Assembly: GCA_965277405.1 (NCBI GenBank)
Contig: OZ255726.1
Coordinates: forward strand, 1,312,001-1,376,000
Direction: 5' to 3'
Source: Gammaproteobacteria bacterium
GTDB taxonomy: Bacteria > Pseudomonadota > Gammaproteobacteria > G965277405
DNA: 64,000 bases
Shown here: piece by piece, positions 61,944 through 64,000 of the stretch
Numbering within the stretch: position 1 is the first letter of the stretch
Layout of the letters: each line of letters opens with the position of its first letter
Made by a program: the position numbers and the translations under genes
Notes under the pieces: generated by a model
What the model was told of the DNA's origin: nothing
The model's database searches: none
The model's input: the letters and a program-made list of their open reading frames with translations, nothing else

Positions 61944-64000
61944 ATGCAGCTAATGCAGCTAATTCACGCTAGTTCCATGGTAGTCCGAGCAGTGGTATTG
62001 CGGGCAGTGGTTTTGAGCACCATGATATTGCTGGCTGCTAGCGTAGCGCGTGCAGCGGATACTACAGTGCATTATGCCATCAAGGCAGGTCCGCTCGCCA
62101 CAGTGCTGGCGGCATTCGCTAGCGCGGCAGATATTGGCGTTGATATTGACCACTCGCTCACGGACGGCAAGCACAGCCAGGGTCTCCAAGGTGAGTATGC
62201 GCTAACCGCCGCCTTAACGTATATTTTGCGCGGCAGCGGGCTGGCAGCGCAGCAACTCGCAAACTCACGTTATGTTATTATTGCTGCCGCTATTGACTCG
62301 GCAACAACGAATACGCCGAATACGCCAAATACGCTTGCCATCCCCACCCTCACCATTGAAGACTCAGGGGTATCAGGCTATCAGCGTGATGAACAAGGCT
62401 ACGACGCAGTCTACGATAACAACGCTTCCACCGTGTACATGGGTAGAGCAGCAGTCCGCCGCAACGCTGGCACCAACCCTGCCGATTTATTGCAGGGGAT
62501 GGCTGGGGTATTTAGCGGCGATGCGCGCAATAGCGGGTCGATCGATGTCAATATTCGCGGGGTGCAGGGTCCTGGAAGGGTGCCGGTGATTATCGACGGT
62601 ACCGAACAGGCAATTACCGTCAACCGCGGGTATAACGGCGCGGCTAACCGTAATTATATCGACCCTAGCCTGATCAGTTCGGTGCGGATGTATAAAGGTG
62701 CGAGCAACGCCCGCGATGTCAACAGCGGCATCGGTGGGGCGCTGGTGGCAACCACGCTGACCCCCGCCGATATAATCAAAGAAGGCGCAGACTTTGGGGT
62801 CGAATTAAACGTAACCAGCGGCAGCAACACGGTCTCCCCGCGACTGCCGCGGCTGCATACTGGCGAATTAGCCGTAAACGTGAAGGGGTTTCCTGCCGTT
62901 ACTGGTGCTGGTTTCAGGAACGTCGATAAAACACTACGGTTAACAACCCTCAACTCAAAATCACTCGCCGATGAAATCCCGCTCGGCGGCAACGACTTTT
63001 CCTACCGCGTCGCCGTCGCCAACACTTCCGCGCGGTTCGACTTCCTCGCCGCGTACGCCTACCGCCGCCGCGGTAATTACTTTGCGGGTAGCAACAACGC
63101 CGGCTACTATGATGAGCCTGGCTTTTATGATCACGCAGGCAATTATGGTATGAAACATTTCTTCAGATCAAAAACAACTCATAAAAAAATTAAAGATAGG
63201 ACGCGTGCCCTAACCACCTACTGGCCAGCAGGCGACGAAGTCACCAATACCTCGAGCGAGATGGGGTCGTGGTTGTTAAAAAGCAGCTGGCGGGTTGACA
63301 ATGCACAAAAAATAGGGTTCAACTTCCGCCAATCCAATTTGCTAAACGGCGAGGTCATGCCGTCGGCGACCATTACTTCTAGCGATCTCAAGTACGGTCT
63401 TGTCCAGTGGCCGTTGAGCGAGGTTAGAGCGCGCGCGTATAACCTCGACTACCGCAATACCCCCAACGACAACCGCTGGCTGGACCTCCACGCCAACCTC
63501 TGGCGGACGGATACGCTCGGGCACACCTATACGCGAGGCAACCCAAACCAAATTGACAAAGCAAGCGGTCTTATCGTAAATACTGGGTTTGTTGATTCTA
63601 GCCATACCCGCGATGGCATCACCTTGAGCAATACCATGGACCTCACCAGCGCGCTGGCGCTAACCCTCGGCGCCAATTTTCAGCACCAAAAACTAGCGAG
63701 CCTAGATGGTAAATACTATAGTACTAGAATGGAACGAGGAGGGCGGCGGCAGGAATGGGGCGGCAATCTCAGCCTCGCCTGGCAGCCGAACGAGGCCTTA
63801 AAATTCAGCACGGGGATGACGTATTCGGCGTATTGGAGCTTCGACGACCGCCTTAAATATGTCATCGATGCAGGCGGCAAAGTTCCAGAATTAGAGCATA
63901 TTCTAAATGAAAACATTACCTATAGATACACTACAGGTGGTCTGCAGATTCCAACCAACCAGCGCAGACAGTTAATAGGAAAGGAACTTGTTACATTAAA
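61944..64000 (+). CDS. Second TonB-dependent receptor, paralog of 52974-56291 (runs off window end)
   Basis: Not in ORF track. Manual translation is open from ATG 61944 (or 61977) to 64000 and collinear with receptor 1 (STN, plug, barrel strands). Confidence 0.9.
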   Translation, partial: MQLMQLIHASSMVVRAVVLRAVVLSTMILLAASVARAADTTVHYAIKAGPLATVLAAFASAADIGVDIDHSLTDGKHSQGLQGEYALTAALTYILRGSGLAAQQLANSRYVIIAAAIDSATTNTPNTPNTLAIPTLTIEDSGVSGYQRDEQGYDAVYDNNASTVYMGRAAVRRNAGTNPADLLQGMAGVFSGDARNSGSIDVNIRGVQGPGRVPVIIDGTEQAITVNRGYNGAANRNYIDPSLISSVRMYKGASNARDVNSGIGGALVATTLTPADIIKEGADFGVELNVTSGSNTVSPRLPRLHTGELAVNVKGFPAVTGAGFRNVDKTLRLTTLNSKSLADEIPLGGNDFSYRVAVANTSARFDFLAAYAYRRRGNYFAGSNNAGYYDEPGFYDHAGNYGMKHFFRSKTTHKKIKDRTRALTTYWPAGDEVTNTSSEMGSWLLKSSWRVDNAQKIGFNFRQSNLLNGEVMPSATITSSDLKYGLVQWPLSEVRARAYNLDYRNTPNDNRWLDLHANLWRTDTLGHTYTRGNPNQIDKASGLIVNTGFVDSSHTRDGITLSNTMDLTSALALTLGANFQHQKLASLDGKYYSTRMERGGRRQEWGGNLSLAWQPNEALKFSTGMTYSAYWSFDDRLKYVIDAGGKVPELEHILNENITYRYTTGGLQIPTNQRRQLIGKELVTL

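Overview
Gene-dense bacterial chromosomal window, mostly housekeeping genes of gammaproteobacterial type: partial parB, uvrB, uvrA, mfd, purEK, rpmF-fabD-fabG, zapB/zapA, pssA, trpBA, glcDEF, waaA, pyrF, cca, ispD, ftsB, pgk, folA and hemH. It also has nucleoside and Fe3+ ABC transporters, an M23 peptidase/bactofilin module, and a 3-hydroxyanthranilate dioxygenase-TRAP-ALDH cluster facing hglS. Gene order is heavily reshuffled, and trpB and pgk look alphaproteobacterial. A ~287-bp MITE family (4 full copies, 2 internally deleted copies, 2 end fragments) shares its 16-bp terminal inverted repeats with a dead IS5 element and mostly sits at YTAR-type targets. The last 11 kb hold a Fur-boxed locus: TonB-dependent receptor, hemophilin-like protein, Slam (type XI secretion) and a TPR protein. 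Its promoter and receptor recur 8,900 bp downstream, starting exactly at the MITE end. The two receptors have near-identical GC-rich frameworks, divergent AT-rich loops and different (GATACCC)n lengths upstream. A candidate three-hairpin sRNA with CCUCCU/C-rich loops lies between uvrB and purE. No rRNA, tRNA or CRISPR array was seen. All calls come from reading motifs by eye; no database searches were run.
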